From the NCBI GenBank assembly GCA_001791995.1, contig MGFR01000001.1:177148-241147 (forward strand): DNA of 64,000 bases, given 5' to 3'. This document shows, in pieces, positions 28,214 through 38,257 of this stretch. Each line of letters starts with the position of its first letter. The stretch's first letter is position 1. This DNA is from Candidatus Woesebacteria bacterium RBG_13_46_13 (GTDB lineage: Bacteria; Patescibacteriota; Microgenomatia; UBA8517). The notes under the pieces are model-generated. The model saw nothing but the letters and a program-made list of their open reading frames with translations. It was not told the origin of the DNA and did no database searches. Position numbers and translations under genes: made by a program.

Positions 28214-31200
28214 TGGAACCTTTAGCAGAACTAAGAACATTGGCAGATTTTAAGAGCCTGATTTTAAGGCTGGCATCTCCCGAAGAAATTCGGGCTTGGA
28301 GTCGTGGAGAAGTAACCAAACCGGAAACCATCAACTACAGAACACTCAAGCCGGAAAAGGATGGTCTTTTCGATGAGCGGATCTTCGGTCCAACCAAAGA
28401 TTGGGAATGTTACTGCGGAAAATACAAAAGAATCAGGTATAAAGGTGTGGTTTGCGACAAGTGCGGAGTCGAAGTTACCCAATCAAGGGTCAGGCGGGAA
28501 AGAATGGGCCATATTGCCCTTGCCACTCCGGTTGTTCACGTTTGGTTTTTCAAAGGAGCTCCGTCAAAGATCTCTCTGCTTCTGGGAGTGGCTCCGAGAG
28601 CCATAGAGCAGGTTATCTACTTCGCCCGTTATTTGGTGATCGCCGTTGACGAAAAAGGCAGAAAGGCTGCCATCTCCGGGCTGGAAAAGATCGAAAGCGA
28701 AAGACTCGCGGATATTTCCAGGGAGTTTACGGAAAGGAAAGACGGATTAAGAGGTGAGGCCCAGCAGGCAAAAGAAAAGACTTCTGGGAAGGTAAAGGAC
28801 AAAGAACAGCTGGCCTTGGCAATTTCCGAAATTGAGCTGGACTTGAGGAAAAAAGAAGCCGCAATTTCCGAAGAAGAAGCAACAACCGGACAGAAGACAA
28901 GCCAGCTTTTCGAAAACTTGCTCTCTCTGGTTAGGGGCTTAAAACCGCTTTCCGTATTAACCGAAGAGGAATACGACGAGCTGGCCCAACACGGAGCCGT
29001 AGAATTTTTCACCGCCAGAATGGGAGCCGACGCTATCACCTCGGCCCTTGAAGGAGTAAATCTGGAAGAGCTTTCCGCGACTTTGCGCCGAGAAATCGGA
29101 GAAGCAAAAGGAGCAAGCAGCAAATATGTGAAGTTGGCCAAACGCTTAAAGCTAGCCGACGGAATGAGGAGGGTCAAGATCAATCCCATGTGGATGGTAC
29201 TTAAGGTTCTGCCGGTTCTGCCTCCGGACTTAAGGCCAATGGTTCAGCTTTCGGGAGGGCGCTTTGCAACCAGCGACTTAAACGATCTTTACCGCAGAGT
29301 CATCAATAGAAATAACCGGTTGAAACACCTTATTTCTCTGGGTGCTCCCGAGATTATCTTAAGAAACGAGAAAAGAATGTTGCAAGAGGCGGTTGATTCC
29401 CTGATTGATGCCTCGCAAAGAAAAGCCGTCAGGCGTGGTCGCGGCAAACAAGCTCTAAGGTCTCTCTCGGATATGCTCAAGGGTAAGCAAGGCCGGTTTA
29501 GGCAGAATCTTTTGGGTAAAAGAGTCGACTATTCGGGCCGTTCGGTCATTATTGTCGGGCCGGAATTAAATCTTACTCAGTGCGGATTGCCCAAAGAAAT
29601 GGCCCTTGAGATGTTTAAGCCATTTGTCTTGAGGGAAATGATCACCAGGGGCATTGCGCCAAACGTAAAATCAGCCAAGAACATGCTTGACAGAAGGCCG
29701 CCAGAGGTCTTCGACATCTTGGAGGAAATTACCAAAAACCACCCGGTTCTTCTCAATCGTGCCCCGACCTTGCACAAGCTTTCCATCCAGGCGTTTTATC
29801 CTGTTCTGATCGAAGGCAGTGCCATCAGAATTCACCCCGCAATCTGCGCAGGATTTAACGCGGACTTCGACGGAGACCAAATGGCGGTCCATGTTCCTTT
29901 AGCCCAAAGGGCAATCGACGAGGCCAGGGATTTGATGTTGCCTACCCACAATCTTTTAAGACCCGCAGACGGAACCCCGGTCTCCACACCAGCGAGCAAG
30001 GAAATGGCTTTGGGGGTCTACTATCTAACCAGCGAAGACCCCAGAATTTCTGCCTCCGAGACTGTCTTCGCCGACAGCGAAGAGGTTGTTTTCGCATATC
30101 AGTCGGGCAAGGTGGAGCTGAGGCAAGGAATTTCCGTCAGGGTATCGGGTAAGATTATAGAAACGACAGTAGGCAGAATTCTTTTTAACGAGGTACTTCC
30201 CGAAAGTTTCGAGTATGTCAACGAACCGGCCACCTCCGGGGTCATCAAGAAATTGTTCAATAAAGCCTATGCAACCATAGAAAAAGACAAGGTGGTCGAG
30301 ATGGTGGATGCTATAAAAAATCTTGGTTTTTTTGGCGGGACCCTTTCTGGCTTGTCTTTTGGAATTTCCGACGCAAAGATATTGCCCGACAAGCAGAAAA
30401 TGCTTGATGAAGCGGAAGTTAGGATTGCCGAAATAGAAAATAATTTCATTCAAGGTCTCATTACTAAAGAAGAAAGGAAACGTTTGTCCCAGGAGGTCTG
30501 GATTGAGGTAACGGAAGAGTTGGCAGATAAAACCTGGGAGGCGCTGGACGCAACCAACCCCATCAAGGTTGTCATAGATGCCAAGGTGGGAAGAGCATCT
30601 CGAGATCAGGTCAAACAACTTGCGGCCATCAGGGGTTTGGTCGTTGACCCCCTCGGAAAGATAGTCGAACTTCCCATTAAATCCAACTTCAGGGAGGGTC
30701 TTTCCGTGTTCGAATACGTAACCTCTTCCCGAGGATCCAGAAAAGGTTTGACCGATACGGCCATCAAAACTGCCGATGCCGGTTACTTGACTAGAAGACT
30801 TGTGGATGTGGCCCACGACTTGATTATCAGGATGGAGGATTGTGGCACCAAAGAGGGAATTTTGATAAGCAAAGCAACAAGGCCCAATATTTTCGTATCA
30901 AGAATCATGGGTAGGTTTACCGTTAACGACATAGTTACCCCGAAAGGCAAGAAGGTTATCATCAAAAAGAATGAAATAATTTCCGAGGATAAAGCGATTG
31001 AGATTGACGCTCTCGGGATAACCGAAGTTATTATCCGATCTCCATTGACCTGCCAAGCTCGCTACGGGATGTGTAAGACTTGTTACGGTTGGGACCTTTC
31101 CAACAAAAGAATGGTTGAAATAGGAACTCCGGTCGGAGTAGTGGCGGCTCAATCCATCGGAGAACCGGGAACACAACTGACTCTTAAGACCAAGCACTCT

Positions 31201-31947
31201 GGAGGGATCGTCGGTTTGGACGTTACCCAGGGTCTTCCCCGTGTTGAAGAGCTTTTTGAAGCCAGAACCCCCAAGGCTCTTTCGCCGCTTTCGGAGATCG
31301 GAGGCAAGGTCAGAACCGCCGAAACCGATGAGGGTTGGAAAGTTACGGTAACGAGCGTTAGTGCCAAGCCGAAAGAAGAAAGAGACTACCTTATTCCCAA
31401 AACCTTAAAACTTGCGGTTGATGATAAACAGCTTGTCGAGGCAGGCACGCAACTTGCCGTCGGAGCCTTGGATATTAAAGAAATCCTGATAATTAAAGGC
31501 TTGCGCTCTGCACAGGAATATCTTGTCAGCGAGATTCAAAAAGTATACGAATCCCAGGGAATTCCCATCAACGACAAGCATTTTGAGGTAATAGCCAGGA
31601 AAATGAGCGATGAGGTCAGAATTATTACGCCTGGAGATACCAAATTCCTACCGGGAGATTTGGTCGATAAGGCAGGTTTTGAGGAAGAGAACGAAAAAAT
31701 CTTAGCCGCTGGCGGAGAGCCGGCCAGTGCCCAACAGGTGGTCTTGGGTATAACCAGGAGAGCTCTCTATACCGAAAGCTGGCTATCGGCTGCTTCATTC
31801 GAACAAACTACTGATGTCCTAACCGACGCTGCGCTTTTCGGGAAAGAGGACAGGCTGGTCGGATTAAAAGAGAACGTAATCATTGGGCGCCTGATTCCCG
31901 TAACCCTCGAACGAGCCGTCTTGCCTCAAGAGCAGAAAAGGGGGTAA
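28213..31947 (+). CDS. rpoC: DNA-directed RNA polymerase subunit beta'
   Basis: Zn-binding Cys cluster (CYCGKYKRIRYKGVVCDKCGVEV) and the NADFDGDQMAVH catalytic motif; start overlaps the rpoB stop (TAATG). Confidence 0.97.
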   Translation: MEPLAELRTLADFKSLILRLASPEEIRAWSRGEVTKPETINYRTLKPEKDGLFDERIFGPTKDWECYCGKYKRIRYKGVVCDKCGVEVTQSRVRRERMGHIALATPVVHVWFFKGAPSKISLLLGVAPRAIEQVIYFARYLVIAVDEKGRKAAISGLEKIESERLADISREFTERKDGLRGEAQQAKEKTSGKVKDKEQLALAISEIELDLRKKEAAISEEEATTGQKTSQLFENLLSLVRGLKPLSVLTEEEYDELAQHGAVEFFTARMGADAITSALEGVNLEELSATLRREIGEAKGASSKYVKLAKRLKLADGMRRVKINPMWMVLKVLPVLPPDLRPMVQLSGGRFATSDLNDLYRRVINRNNRLKHLISLGAPEIILRNEKRMLQEAVDSLIDASQRKAVRRGRGKQALRSLSDMLKGKQGRFRQNLLGKRVDYSGRSVIIVGPELNLTQCGLPKEMALEMFKPFVLREMITRGIAPNVKSAKNMLDRRPPEVFDILEEITKNHPVLLNRAPTLHKLSIQAFYPVLIEGSAIRIHPAICAGFNADFDGDQMAVHVPLAQRAIDEARDLMLPTHNLLRPADGTPVSTPASKEMALGVYYLTSEDPRISASETVFADSEEVVFAYQSGKVELRQGISVRVSGKIIETTVGRILFNEVLPESFEYVNEPATSGVIKKLFNKAYATIEKDKVVEMVDAIKNLGFFGGTLSGLSFGISDAKILPDKQKMLDEAEVRIAEIENNFIQGLITKEERKRLSQEVWIEVTEELADKTWEALDATNPIKVVIDAKVGRASRDQVKQLAAIRGLVVDPLGKIVELPIKSNFREGLSVFEYVTSSRGSRKGLTDTAIKTADAGYLTRRLVDVAHDLIIRMEDCGTKEGILISKATRPNIFVSRIMGRFTVNDIVTPKGKKVIIKKNEIISEDKAIEIDALGITEVIIRSPLTCQARYGMCKTCYGWDLSNKRMVEIGTPVGVVAAQSIGEPGTQLTLKTKHSGGIVGLDVTQGLPRVEELFEARTPKALSPLSEIGGKVRTAETDEGWKVTVTSVSAKPKEERDYLIPKTLKLAVDDKQLVEAGTQLAVGALDIKEILIIKGLRSAQEYLVSEIQKVYESQGIPINDKHFEVIARKMSDEVRIITPGDTKFLPGDLVDKAGFEEENEKILAAGGEPASAQQVVLGITRRALYTESWLSAASFEQTTDVLTDAALFGKEDRLVGLKENVIIGRLIPVTLERAVLPQEQKRG

Positions 31948-31968
31948 AATACCTCGTATCGATTTATT

Positions 31969-32433
31969 ATGCCAACAGTATCACAACTTGTCAGACACGG
32001 AAGAAAGGTTCTCGGCAAAAAAGCCAAGACAGCCTCTTTGGGGAAGTGGTTTAATGCCAAAGACAGAAAATTTGGCGAACTATCCTCTCCCTTTAAGCGT
32101 GGGGTTGTGCTTTCTGTGCGAACGATGACGCCCAAGAAGCCGAACTCCGCCTTAAGAAAAGTGGCCAGGGTTAGACTTTCAAACAAACAGGAGCTGACGG
32201 CTTATATCCCCGGTGAAGGGCATGAATTGGCCGAGCACTCTATTGTTATGGTGCGCGGCGGCAGAGTAAAAGATTTACCCGGAGTTAAATATCACGTAGT
32301 CAGAGGTAAATACGACACAACCGGGGTAGTCGGCAGACAGACGGGAAGAAGCAGATACGGAACCAAGAGAGGAGGAGGCCCACGCACGGCCGCGGCAGCA
32401 CCGGCTGTAGCGCCCAGTGAGCCTGCTGTATAA
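31969..32433 (+). CDS. rpsL: 30S ribosomal protein S12 (Ala/Pro-rich C-terminal extension)
   Basis: [28 protein letters not shown] and [12 protein letters not shown] signatures. Confidence 0.95.
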   Translation: MPTVSQLVRHGRKVLGKKAKTASLGKWFNAKDRKFGELSSPFKRGVVLSVRTMTPKKPNSALRKVARVRLSNKQELTAYIPGEGHELAEHSIVMVRGGRVKDLPGVKYHVVRGKYDTTGVVGRQTGRSRYGTKRGGGPRTAAAAPAVAPSEPAV

Positions 32434-32438
32434 ATAAT

Positions 32439-32918
32439 ATGGCCAGAAAAGGACAGACCAAGCCCCGTGAGATAGAGGTCGATCCGATATACGGCAGTAT
32501 CGTGGTTTCAAAACTGATAAATAGGAGTATGCTGGACGGCAAAAAATCCGTAGCCCAGAAAGAAATCTATAATGCCTTTGAGCTAATTAAAGAGAAGACA
32601 AAGGAAGATCCTCTAAAGGTCTTCGAGGCGGCGCTGGACAATATCAAGCCGACAATGGAGGTTAGACCAAGAAGGGTGGGAGGTGCAGCTTATCAGGTTC
32701 CGATGAGCGTCAGAGGTCCCAGGAGAGAATCGTTGGGGATAAGATGGTTGATATTTGCCGCACGCTCAAGGAGCAACTCCGAATATCATTCTTACGCCGA
32801 AAAACTAGCCCAAGAGATAATCGATTCTTCAAAAGGGGAAGGAGTGGCAGTTAAGAAAAGACAAGACATGGAAAGAGTGGCAGAGGCCAACAGGGCCTTC
32901 GCCCACTTTAGGTGGTAA
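32439..32918 (+). CDS. rpsG: 30S ribosomal protein S7
   Basis: Canonical S7 sequence (DPIYGS..., RVGGAAYQVP). Confidence 0.95.
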   Translation: MARKGQTKPREIEVDPIYGSIVVSKLINRSMLDGKKSVAQKEIYNAFELIKEKTKEDPLKVFEAALDNIKPTMEVRPRRVGGAAYQVPMSVRGPRRESLGIRWLIFAARSRSNSEYHSYAEKLAQEIIDSSKGEGVAVKKRQDMERVAEANRAFAHFRW

Positions 32919-32939
32919 AGGATTAGCCTCATTATTTAA

Positions 32940-35102
32940 ATGGCAGAAGTTCAAAAAAAGAAGTCGGCTATGGTTATGACGGTTACCAAAGACCGCGACG
33001 TTCCTTTGGAAAGAATCCGAAACATCGGCATTATTGCCCATATTGATGCCGGCAAAACGACAACCACCGAACGAATCCTTTTTGAAACCGGAAAAACTTA
33101 TAAGCAAGGGTCGGTGGACGAAGGGACAACCGTCACTGACTGGATGGCCCAGGAAAGAGAACGCGGCATTACCATTGTTTCGGCGGCCATTACCACTTTC
33201 TGGGACTTAAAAGCGACTTCTTCTGTGGAATCCGGTCACTATCGGGTCAATATTATCGATACACCTGGCCACATCGACTTTACGGCCGAGGTGGAAAGAT
33301 CGTTGCGGGTCTTGGACGGAGCGGTTATGGTTTTCGACGGCAGAACCGGAGTTGAGAGCCAATCCGAAACCGTTTGGCGCCAGGCTGATAAATATAGCGT
33401 TCCCCGGATTTGTGTTTTGAATAAACTAAACCTGATCGGGGCCGATTTTGAGGGCTCTTTAAAATCTATCCACGAGCGCTTGGGTGCCAACGCCGCCCCG
33501 ATTGTTCTACCCATCGGAGTTGAACACGACCACAGAGGAATCGTCGATTTGGTCAAAATGAAGGCCTTTTCTTATAAAGCCGTTGAGGACAATGCCTTGA
33601 CCGAGGGAGAAATTCCCAGCGATTTATTGGAATCCGCTAAAAAATACAGGAAAGAGCTAATCGAAAAAGTGTCCGAATTCGATGACGCAACCCTCACCAA
33701 ATATCTGGAAGGACAGGAGCCGACCGAGACGGAATTAAAACAGGCGATAAGAAAAGGGGTTATCAAGGGCAAGTTTTTCCCCATATTCGGAGGAGACAAT
33801 AGAACCGCGGAAGTTCAGCTGATTCTTGATGGAGTCATTGAATATCTGCCGTCTCCTTTGGATCTGCCGCCGGTGGAAGGTGTTAATCCCAAAACCGGAG
33901 AGAAAGAAACCCGAGAAAGAAAAAACGAAGCGCCTTTTAGCGCCTTGGCTTTCAAAGTCATGACCGACCCCCACGTGGGCAGACTGGTCTATTTAAGAAT
34001 TTATTCGGGAAAAATATCCTCGGGGCAGGTGGTTTATAACTCAACCCGCCAGAATCAGGAAAGGATAGGTAAACTTGTGCTTTTACATGCCGACCAAAGA
34101 GAGCTTATCGACAGTGCCTTTGCTGGCGAAATCGTGGCTGCGGTCGGGATAAAAGATACCACAACGGGAGACACGGTTTGTGATCCGGGATTTCCCATCC
34201 ACCTCGAGTCCATTAGTTTCCCCGAACCGGTAATTTCGTTAGCCATTGAGCCGGCGACCAAAAGCGACCAGGAAAAGATGGGGATTGCCTTGGGGAAGCT
34301 CTCGGATGAGGACCCGACCTTCAGAATTAAATCGAATCCCGAGACAGGGCAGACGATTATTTCGGGAATGGGAGAGCTCCAGCTTGAGGTTCTGGTCGAC
34401 AGAATGAAAAGGGAATTTGGCGTTGTCGCCACGACCGGTGCACCACAGGTAGCGTATAAGGAAACCATCAAAAAGATTGCCCAAGGCGAAGGAAAATATA
34501 TCCGCCAGACTGGGGGCCGAGGTCAATACGGGCACTGTTTGGTTCGGGTTGAACCCAGAGGCCGGGGTGAAGGATTTCTTTTCAAAAGCGAGATCAAAGG
34601 GGGAGCCATTCCTTCGGAGTTTATCTCCCCAATCGAGAAGGGAATCAAAGAAAAAATGGAAAACGGTATCTTGGCCGGTTTTCCCATGGTGGATATGGGA
34701 GTATTTGTTTACGACGGCAGCTTCCACGAGGTTGACTCTTCCGAGATTGCCTTTAAGATTGCCGGTTCTTTGGCGGTGGAGGAGGCAGCCAGAAGAGCGG
34801 ACATGGTTCTTCTTGAGCCTATTATGAAGGTTGAGGTTTCCACCCCGGAAGAGTTCATGGGAGATGTCATTGGAGATTTATCCAGCAAGAGGGCTCAGAT
34901 CCAGGGGACGGAAAAACGAGGCACAATGACGGTTATTTTGGGGCAGGCGCCCCTGGCCGAGCTTTCGGGATATGCAACCAAGCTGCGCTCGATTTCTCAA
35001 GGTAGGGCCAGCTATTACATGGAGCCTTCGCACTACGAAGAAGTGCCCAGAAACATTGCCGAGCAAATTGTGGCCAAAAGCGGCAAAGCCCAGGCCAGCT
35101 AA
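32940..35102 (+). CDS. fusA: Elongation factor G
   Basis: NIGIIAHIDAGKTTTTERIL, DTPGHIDF and a five-domain length of 720 aa. Confidence 0.97.
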   Translation: MAEVQKKKSAMVMTVTKDRDVPLERIRNIGIIAHIDAGKTTTTERILFETGKTYKQGSVDEGTTVTDWMAQERERGITIVSAAITTFWDLKATSSVESGHYRVNIIDTPGHIDFTAEVERSLRVLDGAVMVFDGRTGVESQSETVWRQADKYSVPRICVLNKLNLIGADFEGSLKSIHERLGANAAPIVLPIGVEHDHRGIVDLVKMKAFSYKAVEDNALTEGEIPSDLLESAKKYRKELIEKVSEFDDATLTKYLEGQEPTETELKQAIRKGVIKGKFFPIFGGDNRTAEVQLILDGVIEYLPSPLDLPPVEGVNPKTGEKETRERKNEAPFSALAFKVMTDPHVGRLVYLRIYSGKISSGQVVYNSTRQNQERIGKLVLLHADQRELIDSAFAGEIVAAVGIKDTTTGDTVCDPGFPIHLESISFPEPVISLAIEPATKSDQEKMGIALGKLSDEDPTFRIKSNPETGQTIISGMGELQLEVLVDRMKREFGVVATTGAPQVAYKETIKKIAQGEGKYIRQTGGRGQYGHCLVRVEPRGRGEGFLFKSEIKGGAIPSEFISPIEKGIKEKMENGILAGFPMVDMGVFVYDGSFHEVDSSEIAFKIAGSLAVEEAARRADMVLLEPIMKVEVSTPEEFMGDVIGDLSSKRAQIQGTEKRGTMTVILGQAPLAELSGYATKLRSISQGRASYYMEPSHYEEVPRNIAEQIVAKSGKAQAS

Positions 35103-35110
35103 ACTGATAC

Positions 35111-35140
35111 TTGACACTATTTATCGAGGCTAGGTATAAT
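35111..35140 (+). promoter_or_regulatory. sigma70 promoter TTGACA-18-TATAAT upstream of tuf
   Basis: Perfect hexamers at 35111-35116 and 35135-35140. Confidence 0.5.
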
Positions 35141-35151
35141 ACGCTCAATGT

Positions 35152-35177
35152 AAGGGCAACTATGCCCTTTTCTGTTT
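35152..35177 (+). terminator. Terminator/attenuator-like hairpin AAGGGCA-ACTA-TGCCCTT plus a T-rich tail in the tuf leader
   Basis: 7-bp perfect stem immediately followed by TTCTGTTTG, downstream of the tuf promoter and 33 nt before the ATG. Confidence 0.35.
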
Positions 35178-35210
35178 GTAAAAGGATTAAGTTTAATATA
35201 AAATACGCAT

Positions 35211-36410
35211 ATGGCAGGTGAAGCAAAAGCAAAATTCGATAGAAGCAAACCGCACGTAAACGTCGGAACCATTGGTCACGTTGACCATGGTAAAACCACA
35301 TTAACGGCGGCCATTACTACTGTTCTTTCTAAGCAGCCGGGAAATCCGACAAAGCCTCTGAAGTTTGACGAGATCGACAATGCTCCCGAAGAGAAAGAAA
35401 GAGGAGTTACGATCAACATCTCCCACGTCGAGTACGAAACGGACAAGCGCCACTATGCTCACATCGACGCTCCGGGACACGCAGACTACATCAAAAACAT
35501 GATTACCGGTGCAGCCCAGATGGACGGAGCCATTTTGGTTATCTCCGCAGCTGATGGCCCCATGCCTCAAACCAGAGAGCACGTTATTTTGGCTCGCCAA
35601 GTCAACGTTCCCGCAATTGTAGTTTTCCTTAACAAGGTTGATGCGGTTGATGACCCTGAAATTATAGATTTAGTCGAAGCCGATGTCAGGGAACTGCTTA
35701 AGAAATACGAATACCCGGGAGACGAAGTTCCCATAATCAAAGGCAGCGCCCTTAAGGCTCTTCAGGGAGATGCCGAGGCAGAAAAGCAAATTGTCGAGCT
35801 GATGAAGGCTGTCGATGAGTATATTCCCGACCCGGTCAGGGATTCAGAGAAGCCTTTCCTGATGCCTATCGAGGACGTCTTCGCAATCAAAGGACGAGGT
35901 ACGGTTGTCACCGGAAGAGTCGAGCGAGGTAAACTCAAAATTAACGAGGAAGTCGAGATTGTCGGGCTTAAAGACACGAAGAAAACGGTTGTTACCGGTC
36001 TGGAAATGTTCAGAAAGACCCTGGACGAAACCGTTGCCGGGGATAATGTCGGAGTACTACTTAGGGGAATTGAAAAAGACGATGTCGAGCGCGGTCAGCT
36101 TTTGGCTAAACCCGCCTCAATTACTCCCCATACGGAGTTTGAAGCAGAGGTTTATATCCTTTCCAAAGAGGAAGGTGGACGCCACACACCGTTCTTTACG
36201 GGTTATAAGCCCCAATTCTATATCAAGACGGCAGATATTACCGGAGACATCACTCTTCCCGAGGGAATAGAGATGGTCATGCCCGGAGATTCCGCTAAGA
36301 TGAAAGTTAAACTTATTCAGCCAGTGGCAATGGAGGAAGGCTTTAGATTTGCAATTCGTGAGGGCGGTAGCACAGTTGGTGCTGGAGCTATCACCAAAGT
36401 TATTGCGTAA
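35211..36410 (+). CDS. tuf: Elongation factor Tu
   Basis: [32 protein letters not shown] and the NKVD (G4) motif. Confidence 0.97.
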   Translation: MAGEAKAKFDRSKPHVNVGTIGHVDHGKTTLTAAITTVLSKQPGNPTKPLKFDEIDNAPEEKERGVTINISHVEYETDKRHYAHIDAPGHADYIKNMITGAAQMDGAILVISAADGPMPQTREHVILARQVNVPAIVVFLNKVDAVDDPEIIDLVEADVRELLKKYEYPGDEVPIIKGSALKALQGDAEAEKQIVELMKAVDEYIPDPVRDSEKPFLMPIEDVFAIKGRGTVVTGRVERGKLKINEEVEIVGLKDTKKTVVTGLEMFRKTLDETVAGDNVGVLLRGIEKDDVERGQLLAKPASITPHTEFEAEVYILSKEEGGRHTPFFTGYKPQFYIKTADITGDITLPEGIEMVMPGDSAKMKVKLIQPVAMEEGFRFAIREGGSTVGAGAITKVIA

Positions 36411-36432
36411 GTTAGCACCTTAAACGGGCAAA

Positions 36433-36741
36433 ATGCCGGCAGGAAGACTAAGAGTCAAGCTTAAGAGCTACGACCACCGTGTCATAGATGAGGCGGCAGG
36501 TAAGATATTGGATACAGCCCTAGCTACCGGTGCAAAGATAATTGGCCCGATTCCTCTCCCCACAAAAAGAACGGTCATGGCCGTTAAAGAATCCCCTTTT
36601 ACCGATAAAGACGCACAGGAACACTTCGAGATGTTGATTCATAAACGCTTGATTGACATTATCGACCCCTCAGAGCGTACCATCGACTCCCTTTCCAATC
36701 TCGACCTCCCTGCGGGGGTATCTATCGAGATAAAGATGTAA
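36433..36741 (+). CDS. rpsJ: 30S ribosomal protein S10
   Basis: RVKLKSYDHRVIDEAAGKILDTALATGAKIIGPIPLPTK is the S10 signature. Confidence 0.95.
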   Translation: MPAGRLRVKLKSYDHRVIDEAAGKILDTALATGAKIIGPIPLPTKRTVMAVKESPFTDKDAQEHFEMLIHKRLIDIIDPSERTIDSLSNLDLPAGVSIEIKM

Positions 36742-36745
36742 CCTC

Positions 36746-36774
36746 TTGCGCAGTTTAGCTTCCTCTGATATAAT
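36746..36774 (+). promoter_or_regulatory. sigma70 promoter TTGCGC-17-(TGa)TATAAT in the rpsJ-rplC gap
   Basis: Extended -10 TGATATAAT at 36766-36774; -35 at 36746-36751. Confidence 0.45.
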
Positions 36775-36834
36775 TTTCGCATCGTGGAGGTGATCGGTAA
36801 GGTCTAATCACCAAGTTTGCAGGATGTGCCCCTT

Positions 36835-36859
36835 AAAGGTGCCTCCGGCACCTTTTTTT
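36835..36859 (+). terminator. Intrinsic-terminator-like element AAA-GGTGCC-TCC-GGCACC-TTTTTTT, 11 nt before the rplC start
   Basis: 6-bp GC-rich stem flanked by an A3 run and a T7 run (bidirectional terminator form), lying between rpsJ and rplC. Confidence 0.45.
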
Positions 36860-36870
36860 GTGTTCAAAAA

Positions 36871-37641
36871 ATGGATACGATTCTAGCCAGCAAAGGTGGT
36901 ATGAGCCAAGCCTTCGTAGAAGGAAGAAGAATTCCGACTACCAAGCTTATGGCCGGCCCTTGCGTGGTAACACAAGTCAAGAAACTGGACAAGGACGGTT
37001 ATTGGGCAATCCAGCTGGGATTTGGCCAGAAGCGGATTAAAAACGTTACCAAACCCCTTCAAGGACACCTCAAAAGCTTCATTAAAGACAACAAAGCCCC
37101 CAGATATTTAAGAGAAGTCAGGTTAGATAAAGAGCCGGAATTTAAAGTCGGAGATACCCTTAAAGCCTCCGACATTTTTAATAAGGGAGACATAATTGCC
37201 GTTTCCGGGATTTCCAAAGGCAAGGGCTTTGCCGGAGTTGTAAAGCGTTGGCACTTTGCGGGAGGGCCCAGGACCCACGGACAGTCCGATAGAGAAAGAG
37301 CCCCAGGTTCAATAGGTCAAACAACCACCCCGGGGAGAGTTTTTAAAGGTAAACACATGGCCGGTAGGATGGGTGGCGAAAGAGTAACCGTTAAAAATCT
37401 CCAGGTAGTGTCCGTTAATCCCGAGACAAACGAGATAGAAGTTTCCGGCCCCATCCCCGGTATCAAAAAAGGGCTGCTTATATTAAGGCGCATCTCGGCC
37501 GGCAAACTTGAAGGAATAATCGAGGCCCAAGCACAAGTCGTTGAAGGAGAAGCACCCGAGGGAGAAGAGGTAAGGGTGGAAGGCGAAGCCGCTCCGACCC
37601 CGCAGGTGGAGGAAAAGAAAGAAGAGAATGCTCAAAGTTAA
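36871..37641 (+). CDS. rplC: 50S ribosomal protein L3 (acidic C-terminal extension)
   Basis: MDTILASKGGMSQAF... matches the L3 N-terminus. ATG at 36871 is preferred because the upstream in-frame extension from 36817 would span the terminator-like hairpin. Confidence 0.88.
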   Translation: MDTILASKGGMSQAFVEGRRIPTTKLMAGPCVVTQVKKLDKDGYWAIQLGFGQKRIKNVTKPLQGHLKSFIKDNKAPRYLREVRLDKEPEFKVGDTLKASDIFNKGDIIAVSGISKGKGFAGVVKRWHFAGGPRTHGQSDRERAPGSIGQTTTPGRVFKGKHMAGRMGGERVTVKNLQVVSVNPETNEIEVSGPIPGIKKGLLILRRISAGKLEGIIEAQAQVVEGEAPEGEEVRVEGEAAPTPQVEEKKEENAQS

Positions 37642-38257
37642 TACATATTCCCTAAAGGGAACAAAGCTTGCCCCAACCGTTCTTCCCAAAGAATTTGAGA
37701 CAGCGGGGAGCCTTAACCTCTTGGCCCAGGCAATGCGTGTTTATGAGGCCAGGGGGCATGTCGGTTTGGCCAAAACAAAAACCAGGGCAGAGGTAGAGAG
37801 AACCAAGAAAAAGTGGTACAGACAAAAGGGTACGGGGGGTGCCCGCCATGGTGCAAAATCGGCACCGATTTTTGTCGGAGGAGGAGTAGCCCACGGTCCG
37901 CGCCCGATCGAAAGAAAACTTTCCCTTCCCAAAAGGATGGCCAAAAAGGCACTCTACGTTGCCCTTGGTCTTAAAGCCAAAGACGGCGCTATTGTAGTTG
38001 CCGATGGGCTTGCGAAGATTAAAAAGACCAAAGATGTCCAGATTTTGATTGACAGGATTAAAAAAGGAGGAAATTTTACCTTTGCTCTGTCGCAGGAGAA
38101 TATCGGCGTTTCGCAGTATTTGAAGAACATTAAAAACGCCGTTGCAGTGCCCTTTAAAGACCTTAATGCCTACAAAGTTTTTTTGGCCGGGGTGGTTGTT
38201 CTGGATAAAGATAATTTTAAAAAAGCAACAACAATCGCAAAGAAAGGGAAGAAATAA
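37628..38257 (+). CDS. rplD: 50S ribosomal protein L4
   Basis: KKKWYRQKGTGGARHG signature. Confidence 0.93.
   Translation: MLKVNTYSLKGTKLAPTVLPKEFETAGSLNLLAQAMRVYEARGHVGLAKTKTRAEVERTKKKWYRQKGTGGARHGAKSAPIFVGGGVAHGPRPIERKLSLPKRMAKKALYVALGLKAKDGAIVVADGLAKIKKTKDVQILIDRIKKGGNFTFALSQENIGVSQYLKNIKNAVAVPFKDLNAYKVFLAGVVVLDKDNFKKATTIAKKGKK

Noticed and set aside
24821-31947. Numerous 60-260-aa antisense or out-of-frame ORFs inside rpoB and rpoC (for example 30025..30816 minus) and inside other conserved genes
   Set aside because: These are shadow ORFs within universally conserved coding sequence, with low-complexity or junk translations.
36817-36870. Upstream in-frame extension of rplC (TTG 36817 or ATG 36824)
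   Set aside because: The extension would be translated straight through the terminator-like hairpin. L3 homology starts at MDTILASKGGMSQAF (36871).
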